DNA of 64,000 nucleotides. It comes from Azolla caroliniana (Eukaryota > Plantae > Polypodiophyta). Position numbers and translations under genes: made by a program. Below are positions 1 through 12,125 of this stretch, piece by piece; position 1 is the first letter of the stretch, and each line of letters opens with the position of its first letter. Under the pieces are notes generated by a model. It worked only from the letters and a program-made list of their open reading frames with translations, searched no databases and had not been told where the DNA came from. The DNA lies in NCBI GenBank assembly GCA_043228905.1, contig JBHGNT010000016.1, positions 15,872,001-15,936,000 of the forward strand, in the 5' to 3' direction.

Positions 1-99
1 TTGATCTCTATTTACTCTATCTCTACTCTTTCGTCTCTTTCGTCCATAATCCTAGCGATTCCTTCCTCACTTTCACGATATCTTTTGTCTACGCAACGC

Positions 100-2137
100 T
101 ACGCTTCTAGGCAAGCCACGCCACGACAACGGACTAGGCGGATCGACACACAATGGAGGCGGCCGACAGTAGAACCAGAGGCATAACCGAAATGCCGAAA
201 ATAGTTCCGGACCCCCCATGAGTAGGGGGAGTCAAGGCTGTGCCAGAAGCTAGCAAGGAATGGCCACTATGGACTACTCGTACTATGGCCAAAAGGACCA
301 CAAAGAGAGTGACTGCTACAAAAAGCAACCCGTTTTAGACAAAGTTGGATCGAGCCAGGGGATGTAGATAGGCATCAGTGATCACATTACGCCGAAGGGT
401 CAAGGCAAGCTTAAATAGGGTTAGCCTTCGTCATGAACCACAAAGACAATTCGATGGTGGTGACACCTCAAGGTCGAACGAGCTATGGTATGTGGATTCA
501 GGCACATCCAACCACATGATGAATCACAAGGAGTGGTTCTCCATATTGGTGAATCTGAAGCAAGTAGGGGTCATTGAGATTCGCGATGACACCCCTCAGC
601 CCATCGAACACATCGGAGATGTCCCTCTGAGCCCTATCAGCCAAAGAGGAATCATGAGAAATGTCTTGCATGTGTCGATAGTCACCAAGAACTTGGTGTT
701 GGTTGGACGAATTGTCGACCAGGCCATGCAAGTTCCATTTACTCACCTTAGGTGCTTTATCGAGGAAGAGGGCAAGAGCATTGCGCAAGGGTGCCGAGAG
801 GGGAGGATGTTCATCCTCGAAGCAAATGATGTCAACACCGCTATGTTCACCAAAGGACAAAAGGTCGAATCGGATATCGATCTATGGCACAAGCGGTTCA
901 GCCAAGTCAACTTCCACTAGCTTTGAGAAATGCAGCCAAAGAATATCGTTTTCGGCCTACTGAAATTCAGTGGCCAAAAGGGTCAAGTGTATGAAGCCTG
1001 CTGGTTAGGGAAGCATCCCCGACTTCCTTTCCCCAATGAGCACAATTGGAGTTTAAACAAGCTCGATTTGTTTCACTCAGATGAATGGGGACCGACACAG
1101 AACATGAGCATCGGAGGGAGCCGATATTTCGTGATCTTCATCGATGACTTCACTCGGCATACATGGGCATTCATGATTGAGAAGAAGAGTAAAGTCTTCT
1201 CCTATTTCTTGAAAGTGAAAAGCCTTGTTGAATGGGAAATAGGACGAAAGATCAAATGCCTTAGGACCGATGGCGAAAAGGAGTATTTTTTCGACCAGTT
1301 CTCTAGTTATCTACAAAAGGAAGGAATTTGACATGAATTCTCCTACAAATACACGCCTCAACAGAACGGCGTGGGCAAGTAGAAGAATCAGACAATAGAA
1401 AGGAGAAGCATATGCCGAAGTTCTATTGGGCCGAAGCATTTGGAAAAGCCGTTTCCTTGCAGAGTCAGACATCTACAAATGGAGGAGTGTCGCCACATGA
1501 GTTGTACTTCGGGAAGAAGCCGAACTTGGCACACTTGAGGGTGTTCAACAACATAGCATATGTTCATGTGCCGAAAGAGAAGTGGAGGAAGCTAGATGCC
1601 AAAGCTGAGAAGTATATCTTAGTCAGCCACTCGGACAAGCAAAAGAGTTATAAGTGTTATAACCCCCGAACGAAAGAGGTCTGAGTAAGCCGAGATGTCA
1701 TATTTGATGAGTCAGCTTTGTGGTACTTGCCCTCTTCTCCAAACCTTGTTAACCCTATTCCAAATTCTAAGGATGAGGCCGAGATGCCCCTGGAACAAGA
1801 GGAAATCAAAACTCTAGAAGAGAGTCCACTCTCATTTCGGCTAAGTGGGCCGAATGAGGAACTGAGTCAGAATGACCGGTCGATGTCGAGTCGACCAGTA
1901 GTGGAGACTTGGTCGTGCAGTCTCCGCGCAAGGAATCAAGGAGATAGCTTACGTGCAATGAGAAGGATCCCAATGAATCTAACACGGCCAAGAGTGAAGA
2001 TGGACCTCCAGAAATGAGGTCAGAATCGGCCAAGAGGGCCTTGAAATCGGCGATACAAAATTTGCACTGATCCACCCGCAAGAAGAACCCCGTAATTCGG
2101 TATGGGTGCAAAGTCTACATGGCGCATCACTATACGT
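100..2137 (+). mobile_element. Degenerate Ty1/copia internal region (gag end, PR, IN), interrupted at 2138 by a nested element and resuming at 5482-5634 (RT start)
   Basis: ORF fragments WYVDSGTSNHM (PR), LWHKRF (GAG-pre-integrase), HSDEWGP/FIDDFTR/CLRTDG (IN), with many stops; same family as 14691-20692. Confidence 0.9.
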
Positions 2138-2809
2138 TGTCGTGCCTTTCGGCTCCGGATCGTTTGCGTGAGTCGGGTGGGAACCACCGGGGTTTTGGAC
2201 TAGGAGAAAAGAAAAAGACAAATAAGGCTAGTAAAGAATAGGTATAAAGAGTTATAAGATAAGAATCTCGTGAATCCCACGAGTTTAGTATATTTAGTCA
2301 ATATTTAGGTAGTAAGAGAGAATTATTTTAGCAAATTCGTGAATCCCACGAATATTTTAGATTGATTGATCATTATAGAAAAATAATCAACAAAAACTAC
2401 AATGTGCTCCCCATCCTTATATAGTGATGGGAGAGACTAAGCATAGCTACATGTTTTTTTTTTCTAATATGTTCATGCACACTAAATGTGCACGTGATGC
2501 TTTTCTAATCCTTGCTTTTATTTGCTAAATATAGTGCTCATGCACGCTAGATGTGCATGAGTCACTTTTTAGTTGCTTGCGTTTTTCTATTCACGCACTC
2601 TAAAAATGCATGATTTACCTTTTTAATAAAGGTAGGCGTAAATAAAGCAATTATACTTATTAAATCTATTTATAAAACACTAAAGATAAGGTAGCATAAT
2701 GGTAAAGTTGAGGTTTGGCTACGTGGAGGTATAGGGTTCGAATCCTGCCCTATGCACGTGATAAATATCTTGATATATTATTTTTTTTATTTATATGTAA
2801 TTAAATCGG

Positions 2810-4723
2810 TTATATTAGTTTTACTTTTTCACGTAGTGTACGAAATACACTACGACACTCGCCCCCTCCGAACCCGCACATCCTCCGGTATGTGCCGAAG
2901 TTGCCGATGCTCGTTGTCTCCCCTTCATCCTCCGTTTGTCCCGCTATGTCAACTTTGTCTCTCCATTTTGAGTAGACCCATTCTTTCCACCCGAACCATT
3001 GTCGCCATCCGATCCACCATATTCTTTGTTCTCTCTCGTCATATTCTTGGCCCTTGTCATTCGTGGTAGTGTCTTTTACTGGCCTCTTTCTTGTCTTCAT
3101 CAACCTTGACTTTTTTCCGGATCGCTCTTGTCCGATCAACTTTCGGTTTGATCGGCTTCCGATCGGATTCGTATTCGGACGAATCGGAATCGGTTGTTCG
3201 GTTTTGATTGAGTCGGTCTCCTTCCGGCCCGGTTTCGATCTATCGCTTTCGGTTTCGGTTGGCTTTCTTTTCCTCGTTTTCACCAGCCTCGACCGGTCCA
3301 ACCTCCGATTGAGTCGGATTAGCTTCTTTCCGGATCGGTCTCGTCCGATTGGCTTTCGGCTAGGTCGGCTTCCATCCATATTCGCGTTCGGCCAAGTCAG
3401 ACTCGGTCGATCGGTTTTGACCAAGTCGACCCCTTTTCGGGTCGGCTTTCTTTCGGATCGGAATCCCGTCCGGATCACCTTCCATCCAAACCGGCTTCCG
3501 ACTTTACCTTTCTTGCTGCCACCTCCCGTCTCTCCGGTCTCACGTTGGTTCTCGGACACAACTGACGAAGTCTCTAGAATTAGTGGGTAGGAATCCTCGG
3601 TATTATCATCCTCCATTGTTTCACCCATAGCCATATTCTCGGCTATCTCTCCGTCGTATGCATCGACTTCGACCTTTGTTTTCTCTCCGCCACCTTCCGT
3701 CTCTTCGGTCTCACGTTGCCTTTCGAACGCAACCGCCGGAGTCTCTAGAATTAGTCGTGGGGAAGTCTCGATATGGCCATCCGTCGTTGATTCGTCCATA
3801 GCCACCTTCGATTCGATGTCATCTTTCGTGGTGACCTCAATCAAGTCCTCCTTGCTCTCTTTCACTGCATCAATTATGCTTACCCCTTTTTCACCCGATG
3901 TTTGGAACACTTGTATTCTGAAATCTTCTTCTACACTTGGGTTATCGGCCTTATCCTTCGTCGTTGTTCTTTCGCAAGACAAGAGGGTAGCTTGTTTTAC
4001 ACCCTCTTCCGTCGCACCATCATGTTGTATTTCGGCCTTCATATCGGCTCCATCATTTGTCTTCAATCGACCATCCTTCATCGGCCATGTCGTTGACAAG
4101 ATTCTCATCTTCCTCTCATCATGTCTCCGGCATACCCTTTGGACTTCGGCCCAATTTTCGGTAAGACCATTCGTACCGTCATCGTCTTCGAGTTCGATCC
4201 CGATGTCCATCCTTTCTTTTCGATCAATCGATTTTACGAACATTAGGACTTTATCCTCTCCCACCAATCGTTGTTCCCGCTCCGAGAGTCGAGCAAAACG
4301 ATGCTCGAACTCTAGGAATGCTTGTGTTGCACTTCGGTGGGTCTTCTCCGATGCCACCCATTCGTCGAATTCTCGCCGATCTTGTCCCTTCGATCTCTTG
4401 TAATCATATGACTCTCGTAAAGCTTCTTCGAATGACCCCCATGTCGAGTTTTGTTGCCGTATCTTGTGGATTCTCTCTTGTAGCTCATCCGTGGCCACCC
4501 GATTGAAGGATGTCACTTGCAATCCTTCCGGTATCCCACATCGTATCATCTCCGCCTTGTAGTCACGTAGATAGCGTGACACATCATTTCCGTTGAATTG
4601 TCCGTTTCGTTGTACGAGCCGCTTTACTGCCCCCGTGATCTCCGACATCACTCGTTGTTCTTGTAGCATCCGCTCGAACATCATCATCATCGTTATGCTC
4701 ATTGCCTCTTGTTGATTCTCCAT
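2810..4723 (-). CDS. Gag-like protein (~637 aa): capsid-like N-terminus, acidic middle, R/K-rich C-terminus; no pol domains
   Basis: Uninterrupted ORF (track 2810..4744; first ATG 4723) fills the whole internal region; FNGNDVSRYL...TWGSFEEAL resembles retrotransposon gag capsid. Confidence 0.7.
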   Translation of the reverse strand: MENQQEAMSITMMMMFERMLQEQRVMSEITGAVKRLVQRNGQFNGNDVSRYLRDYKAEMIRCGIPEGLQVTSFNRVATDELQERIHKIRQQNSTWGSFEEALRESYDYKRSKGQDRREFDEWVASEKTHRSATQAFLEFEHRFARLSEREQRLVGEDKVLMFVKSIDRKERMDIGIELEDDDGTNGLTENWAEVQRVCRRHDERKMRILSTTWPMKDGRLKTNDGADMKAEIQHDGATEEGVKQATLLSCERTTTKDKADNPSVEEDFRIQVFQTSGEKGVSIIDAVKESKEDLIEVTTKDDIESKVAMDESTTDGHIETSPRLILETPAVAFERQRETEETEGGGEKTKVEVDAYDGEIAENMAMGETMEDDNTEDSYPLILETSSVVSENQRETGETGGGSKKGKVGSRFGWKVIRTGFRSERKPTRKGVDLVKTDRPSLTWPNANMDGSRPSRKPIGRDRSGKKLIRLNRRLDRSRLVKTRKRKPTETESDRSKPGRKETDSIKTEQPIPIRPNTNPIGSRSNRKLIGQERSGKKSRLMKTRKRPVKDTTTNDKGQEYDEREQRIWWIGWRQWFGWKEWVYSKWRDKVDIAGQTEDEGETTSIGNFGTYRRMCGFGGGECRSVFRTLREKVKLI

Positions 4724-4739
4724 CTCCTTGCCACCCGCC

Positions 4740-4757
4740 TTCACGTCGGGTTCACCA
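4740..4757 (-). promoter_or_regulatory. Primer-binding site complementary to the tRNA-Trp 3' end
   Basis: Plus strand reads TTCACGTCGGGTTCACCA, matching the plant tRNA-Trp(CCA) 3' end as recalled, 4 nt from the 5' LTR. Confidence 0.8.
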
Positions 4758-5634
4758 ACTGTGTCGTGCCTTTCAGCTCCGGATCGTTTGCGTGAGTCGG
4801 GTGGGAACCACCGGGGTTTTGGACTAGGAGAAAAGAAAAAGACAAATAAGGCTAGTAAAGAATAGGTATAAAGAGTTATAAGATAAGAATCTCGTGAATC
4901 CCACGAGTTTAGTATATTTAGTCAATATTTAGGTAGTAAGAGAGAATTATTTTAGCAAATTCGTGAATCCCACGAATATTTTAGATTGATTGATCATTAT
5001 AGAAAAATAATCAACAAAAACTACAATGTGCTCCCCATCCTTATATAGTGATGGGAGAGACTAAGCATAGCTACATGTTTTTTTTTTCTAATATGTTCAT
5101 GCACACTAAATGTGCACGTGATGCTTTTCTAATCCTTGCTTTTATTTGCTAAATATAGTGCTCATGCACGCTAGATGTGCATGAGTCACTTTTTAGTTGC
5201 TTGCGTTTTTCTATTCACGCACTCTAAAAATGCATGATTTACCGTTTTAATAAAGGTAGGCGTAAATAAAGCAATTATACTTATTAAATCTATTTATAAA
5301 ACACTAAAGATAAGGTAGCATAATGGTAAAGTTGAGGTTTGGCTACGTGGAGGTATAGGGTTTGAATCCTGCCCTATGCACGTGATAAATATCTTGATAT
5401 ATTATTTTTTTTATTTATATGTAATTAAATCGGTTATATTATTTTTACTTTTTCACGTAGTGTACGAAATACACTACGACAACGTATATGGTGAAGGCGG
5501 CAGAAGTGCGTGAGCGGGAGAGCTACGCCGAAGCGGAAAAGGACGTGAGTTGGCGTGCTACTAGGGAGGAAGAGATACGTGCATTGATAGAAAACAAGAC
5601 ATGGGACCTAGTTTATGCCCCCAAGGGTGTAAAG

Positions 5635-8600
5635 TGTCAGTAATAGTACTAAAACAGAGAAAGAATTAGTACTAGAGAAGGGAAGTACTATTAGTACTAA
5701 GAGGACTGACTACGTAAGTATCACGAGAGACGAAGAGAGAAAAGGAGAGAGAGAGAGAGAGGATGATGATAACAGGTCATATATAATGTGAAGAGTAAAT
5801 ACAAAATAGCTATGAGGCTTAAGACTAGCATTGAACCAATTTGGTTCGAAATAATGCCTAGTGCCTCCTTTTATAGTGTTCTCAGGAGTAGTCCTGAAGC
5901 TTCTAGAAAGTTTCAGAGAAATCTGGAATATACATTAATTTTCTATAGTAAAACTTAAATGAAAATAATATCCTACGTATTACAATAGATAGTGTTCATG
6001 ACACTATCCCCCCTTAAAACGACGAGTGTTACGAGTCGGCGTTGATTGGGGACCAAGTTTGTCCGGATACTATCGGTGGAAATCAATAAGAAGATCCAGA
6101 GCATTGGCGACATGCTTGACGGGTTCCCAAGTACATTCGCTCAGACTATAGCCGAGCCAATCAACCAAGTAATAAAGTTTGTTGTGAACAAACTTGGAGT
6201 CGAGGACGGCAGCAACATCATACTCCGGCGGCGATGGTGTAACACAATTGGGAATAGTCAATAAGGTTCGAGAAGAGAACTATGGAAAACCGGATTTATC
6301 TGAAGGTGTGGAGGAAGATCAAGGCGGAACGTGATATCATTAATCTTGTCAGTAATACGAAAAGGATTGAGTCGTCGATAATCCAATTTGTCGCATGGTC
6401 GAGTAGTCTTGATGTGACGACGTAAGAGCCATACTCGATCTCTAATAGCAAAATAGGAGGGAAGCCGATGACGATCTGAATATGTCTTCTGTGTGTGTTG
6501 AGCATGAAGAAGATGAGTAGATAGATCCGTCTGAATCTTGCGTAGCCTCTCCAAATTATCCTTGGCACGAGGATTGGTAGGTAGCTCCGGAGTGTCGATC
6601 ATAGACCAGCGAGGATGAGAACCGGTATAAGAATAAAATGGGGAGACCCAAGTGGAGAAATGAATAGCGTTATTATAAGCAAACTCAACAAAGTGGAGAA
6701 TATCAACCCAAACGTCCTATTGATAACTCAGAAAACACCGAAGATATTGTTCTAGTGTTTGGTTTGTTCGTTCCACTTGCCCATCAGTTTGGGGATGATA
6801 GTCGGAGGAGAGGTTGCAAGAGACCTTGAGCATCTTGAAGAGATGCTTCCAAAATTTGGAGACAAATTGAGGTCCTCGGTCACTGATGATACTGTTTGGG
6901 AGGCCATGATGCCGAAAAACCTCACACATGACAAGGGTGGCGGTTTCCTCACTAGTGATGGCCTTAATACAAGGCACAAAATGTGCCATCTTAGTATATC
7001 GGTCAACGGCGGTTAAGATAGCATCGAAGTCCTTCGAGACTAAAAGATCTGTGATAAAATCAAGACATTGCCACGACTTACATGGAATTGGTAAGGATTC
7101 CAACAAGCCATATGGATGATGTCGTGGTATCTTTGCTCAGCAACAAGCATCACAAGTCCGAACATAGTCGTCGACAAAACGTTGTATATGGGGCCACCAA
7201 AAAGATCTTCGAACTAGATCCAATGTCTTAGTACTACCGAAATGTCCAGTTTTATGGGTGTCATGACAATTTTGGATGATTTGAAGCCAATATGAGCAAT
7301 CGGGAACATACACGAGCTTTATAAAGAATAATAAACCATCATGATATTCGAATTGTCAGTAGTCCATACCTAGTTGTTGAGACTGGGAACAGGATGCTCG
7401 AGAGGCATCAATTTGCGATAGAATGGCTTGAGCAAAACTGTCCGTCTTCAAATTGGCACGTATGGCATTGATAATCCGGGAATCCAATGGAGTGTGAAAA
7501 AACCGCGTTGTGTGCAAACGTGTTGGTCCCAACATTACCTGCTTTTGATTATCAAACGCTAGATCACCAAGACGAGGTGCAAGATATGAGCGCCGTGATA
7601 GTGCATCTGCTTTTCCTTGTTGCTTCCCCAGCCGATATGTGATTTTGAAGTCAAAACGCATGAGGAATTGAGCCCACCAATCTTGTCGTTGATTTAGTAC
7701 ACGAGCATTCTGGAAATAAGCAAGATTTTTGTGATCACTGAAGACAATGACCTAATGAGGAGAGCCCTCTAAGAAGTGCCACCATTGCACAAACAAATCC
7801 ACGATGTCTAATAACTCCTTGTCATGTATCTCGTAGTTGATTTCCGCGGCATCAAATTTGCGCGAGTGGAAAGCCACAGGATGTAACTCTTGTTTATCTC
7901 CTTGTTGTGAAAGGATGCTACCGAGGGCGAAATCTGATGCGTCGGCCTCCCTGATGAATGGTTTGTTTTTATCCACATGAGCTAGAATAGGAGCTGATGT
8001 AAAGGCTTTCTAAGATGCATAAAAGCCATGTCCGCTTCATTGGACCTAAGAAATGACTATGCCTTCTTGATACACTGTGTGAGAGGCAAAATAATCTTCG
8101 AGTAATCTTGTATAAACTTGCGGTAGAAGTTAGCGAAGCCTAGGAAACATTGCACATCTTGTAACGAATGTGGAGTTTGCCACTCTAGCACAGTTTTGAC
8201 TTTAGCTGGATCCATGGAGATGCATTTTGAGGAGATGATGTAGCCTAGAAATTCCACTTGCAATCAAAGCTACATTTTTCTAGTTTTGCATAAAGACCAT
8301 GCTCTCAGAGTCATTTTAGTACTAATAGTACTTGAGAATCATGCTCTTCCTAGGTCTTCGAATAAATCAATAGATCATCCAGATAGATGATCAAACAGAT
8401 ATCCAAGAGATCTCTAAATAATCATTTGCCATGTGCTGGAAGACTGTAGGTGCATTGGTCAGACCGAATGACATAACGGTATACTCAAAGTGCCCATATC
8501 GGGTGCGAAAAGCGGTCTTCCATTTGTCTCCCGGTCGGATCCGCATGAGGTTATACGCTCCTCGTAAGTCGATTTTTGTAAAAAACTTGGCACCATTTAC

Positions 8601-11145
8601 ACGTTCTAAAAGATTTGATATAAGGGGAAGTGCATACCTATTCCTGATGGTGACATTATTCAAGCCGCGGTAATCAACGACGAGACGAAGGGATCCATCT
8701 TTCTTCTTGACAAAGAAAATGGATGCACTGGTCAGATATTTCGAATGACAAATAAACCCGCTTGCCAAATTCTCCTCTATGTAGGATCGAAGGACTTCCA
8801 ACTCGGTTGGTGTCAAGTTGTAAATCGGTCCCCACGATGGCTCTTTTCCTGGTTGTAAATCGATGGGACAATCATAGGGACGATGATGAGGAAGAGTATT
8901 GGCTTTTACCTTGTCAAATACAGCGGCATAAGGATGATATTTCGCGGGAAGTTGAACTAATAGTGCTGGAAGGATGTACTGATATTGCAAATAGAAACAT
9001 TGACTCTTTGCGTCCTTCTTCGCGTAATTGATGGAGCGAAATGGTCGAAACTCGATGAGTAGATTCTCGAGGTTGTCGACACCGGACTTCTCATGTTCTC
9101 CAATCTATGTTTGGATTATGTAATTCAAACCAAGGTAATCCCAGGACAATGGGATGCTTTGGACTACTAATTATATTAAATGATACCACACACACAAAGC
9201 TATCTAGGACAACCTGAATGGGTTCTGACTCTTCTACGATATTCCCAGAAGCAATGGGACGACCATCAATGACTACTAGAGATGCGGGGCAAGGATTTTT
9301 TCTTAAGGATATCTGAAGTGGGCAAAATTCCGATCCATGAAACAAGAATTGGCTCCGAAATCTAAAAGTGCTAAGACATGTACTAGAGGGGTACTTTTAG
9401 TACTAACCACGACTTGGGCTAAGAACACATTGCTAACTTGGTTAGAGGGAATGGAACCACTAATGGGTTGCACAGATCTAGGGTTGTCCAACCAAACGGC
9501 TCCTATTTTGGATGGACTTAGTTGTTTAACTCTTCCTCTAATTGATTAAGGATTTCAAATTTGTTTGAGATACTTGGGCTATCAGTACTATTAATACTAT
9601 CAGACACTCCTAAGGGAATTGACTTAGGTTTAGTACAGGCTACAATTTGATTTACCTGTCTTCTTGGTCTATGGGGACAGTTGATTGCGATATGCCCCGG
9701 TTCACCCCAATAAAGACATAATCGATTTGCACGTCGTCGTTGCTTTTCTTCTTCCAATAACGGGCCACGTCGACGCATGGTGTCGATTTCCATCGGTGTC
9801 AGAGTATTTGCCTGAGATACATCTTGTGCAAACTATTTAGCTACGACTGAGGCATATGTGGGCTTTGGCCTAGTGCGTGTATTTGTAATTGTCACTCCGA
9901 ACGTCGTTCAAAAAGGCGGTTGTCGCATCGAACTGCTCGACTGATTGCCTCTATGAGAGATTTTGGTTCTTTGGGGAAGGTTAAAAGTAAATCTTTGACG
10001 TTGTTTTGCAGGCTGTAGCGAAATTGCTCTATTAGTGCTTGATCATCCCACGGGATATCTAAGGCGAGTAGACAAAAATCCGCCGCGTAGGCAGAGGCTG
10101 GTTGATCTCCTTGACGCAATCGTCGGATCTTGTTGATCTCCGTCATGATGTTGTCGATATCTCCAAAGCAAGCTTTAAACTCACTAATAAAGTCTTCAAA
10201 GTTATTAAGCAAGGGAGATTGTTTTTCTAAAAGTGGAGCGAACCATGCCAAGGCTGAGTCACTGAGCAATGTGCTTATTAAACCTACTCGGGATGCATCA
10301 GTGGGGTATCGGCAAGGATGCATCATAATGACTAAACGTACCTGATTAAGGAATCCTCTGAATTGTGATCGTGTTCCATTGAATTTCACAGGAAGTCCAA
10401 TCTTGGGTTCTTTATGAAGTCCTTGGGGACTTGATCCCTATTGTTGCAATGCTACGATGGTTGCTTCGAGTTGTTGCGCACGTAACGCTAACTCCCCATG
10501 TTGTTGTTGTGTTTGTTGTTTTTCTAAAGTGATTTGTTGAAGATCCCCTAAAAATCGTTGGTTTTCTTGTTCCAATGCAACGAAATTTTCTTTTAGACAT
10601 TGAAACTCAGAAAAAATGGATTGATATTCTTGGGTGCTAACAGTAGCCATAGTATTGGATAAAGGGGTAAGAGGATGAGGGAAACCGAAAAGAAGACCAG
10701 AGGGAAATTTTGGTTCAAGTGGTCAGGAATAGTACTAAAACAGAGAGAGAATCAGTACTAGAGAATGGAAGTACTATTAGTATTAAGAGGACTGACTGCA
10801 TAAGGCTCACGAGAGACGAAGAGAGAAAAGGAGAGAGAGAGAGAGAGGATGATGATAACAGATGATATACTATGTGAAGAGTAAATACAAAATAGCTATG
10901 AGGCTTAAGACTAGCATTGAACCAATTTGGTTCGAAATAATGCCTTGTGCCTCCTTTTATTGTGTTCTCAAGAGTAGTCCTTAAGCTTCTAGAATGTTCT
11001 AGAGAAATCTGGAATATACATTAATTTTCTATAGTAAAACTTAAATGAAAATAATATTCTATGTATTACAATAAATAGTGTAATGGTCAAGAGCTCAACC
11101 CATATAACATAAGGTCATGGGTTCAAGTCTTGCCATATCATGATA
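5635..11145 (-). mobile_element. Degenerate full-length Ty3/gypsy chromovirus (Tcn1-like); 3' LTR 5635-6003, 5' LTR ~10721-11145
   Basis: Order gag (CLYWGEPGHIAINC), PR (ALLDFGA), RT, RH (EADASDFALG), IN (LDFITDL, HPQTDGQ), chromodomain (YYLVDWLGY..TWEP); PPT 6004-6015; no matching TSD. Confidence 0.92.
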
Positions 11146-11159
11146 GTTTTTAGCATGGG

Positions 11160-12125
11160 GATTGCACAGCCAAGTCTCCAGTACTCACCAGCTCTTCATG
11201 TGACTAGTTGTTCCAACTCAATCGCTCATTTGGCCCACTTAGCCGAAATGAGATTGGGCTCTCCTCAGCCAACTTGTCGAAAATGAAATCTTCGCTTACT
11301 CGGACCTCTTTCGTTCGAGGGTGATAACACTTATAAACCTTTTGCTCATCCGAGTAGCCGACGAGAATGCACTTCTGAGCTTTCGCGTCCAAGTTCTTCT
11401 TCTTCTCTTTCGGAACATGCACATATGCTATTTTACCGAATACCCTCAAGTGTGTCGAATTTGGTTTCATTCCAAAGTACACCTCATGTGGGCATACTCC
11501 TCCATTTGCAAAAGTATAATTCTATAGGTATACCACCGTCCAGACAGATTCGGCCCAGTAAATCTTTGGCTATGCTTCTCTTCAATCATTTCCTTATCCG
11601 CTTCTTCGATCATTCGATTCTTCCACATGTCTACATCGTTCTGTTGCAATGTGTAACTACATGAAAATTCGCGTCGAATTCCTTCCTTTTTCAGATAGTT
11701 AGAGAAGTACTCTATTCCATCATCAAACCTTAGGCACTTCATCTTCCGGAATATCTCCCGTTCGTCAAGGCTCTTCACCTTCAAAAAACAAGAGAAGACT
11801 TTGTTTTTCTTCTCGATTAAGCATGCCCAGTTATGTCTAGTGAAGTCATAGATGAAAATAACAAAGTAACGACTTCCACTAATACTCACGTTCTGCGCCG
11901 GTCCCCACACATCCGAATGGATTAAATCGAGCTTGTTTTGGCTCCGATTTCTTTCATTTGGGAATTGAAGTCGATAATGCTTCCCTAACTGGCAGGCTTC
12001 GCAAAATTGGCCCTTTCGGCCATTAAATTTCGGCAAGCTGAAAACGATATTGTTCGTCTACATTTCTCAAAGCCACAGGAAGTTGGCATGACCAAACCGC
12101 TTGTGCCACAGGTCGATATCCAATT
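11160..12125 (-). mobile_element. Ty1/copia integrase fragment
   Basis: CEACQLGK, HSDVWGP, HLRVFG motifs in broken ORFs. Confidence 0.85.

Larger units (their letters stand above)
2138..5481 (-). mobile_element. Young non-autonomous Gag-only LTR retrotransposon (TR-GAG-like, gypsy-type); LTRs 2138-2857 and 4762-5481
   Basis: 720-bp TG..CA LTRs with about 4 differences; 4-bp TSD ACGT (2134-2137/5482-5485); PPT 2858-2869; PBS 4740-4757. Confidence 0.92.

Noticed and set aside
2685-2755. Functional tRNA gene
   Set aside because: A and B boxes are present but acceptor and anticodon stems do not pair; treated as a tRNA-like module
3054-4403. Long plus-strand ORFs (178 and 195 aa) opposite the Gag ORF
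   Set aside because: Antisense shadows of a compositionally biased ORF with no recognizable domain
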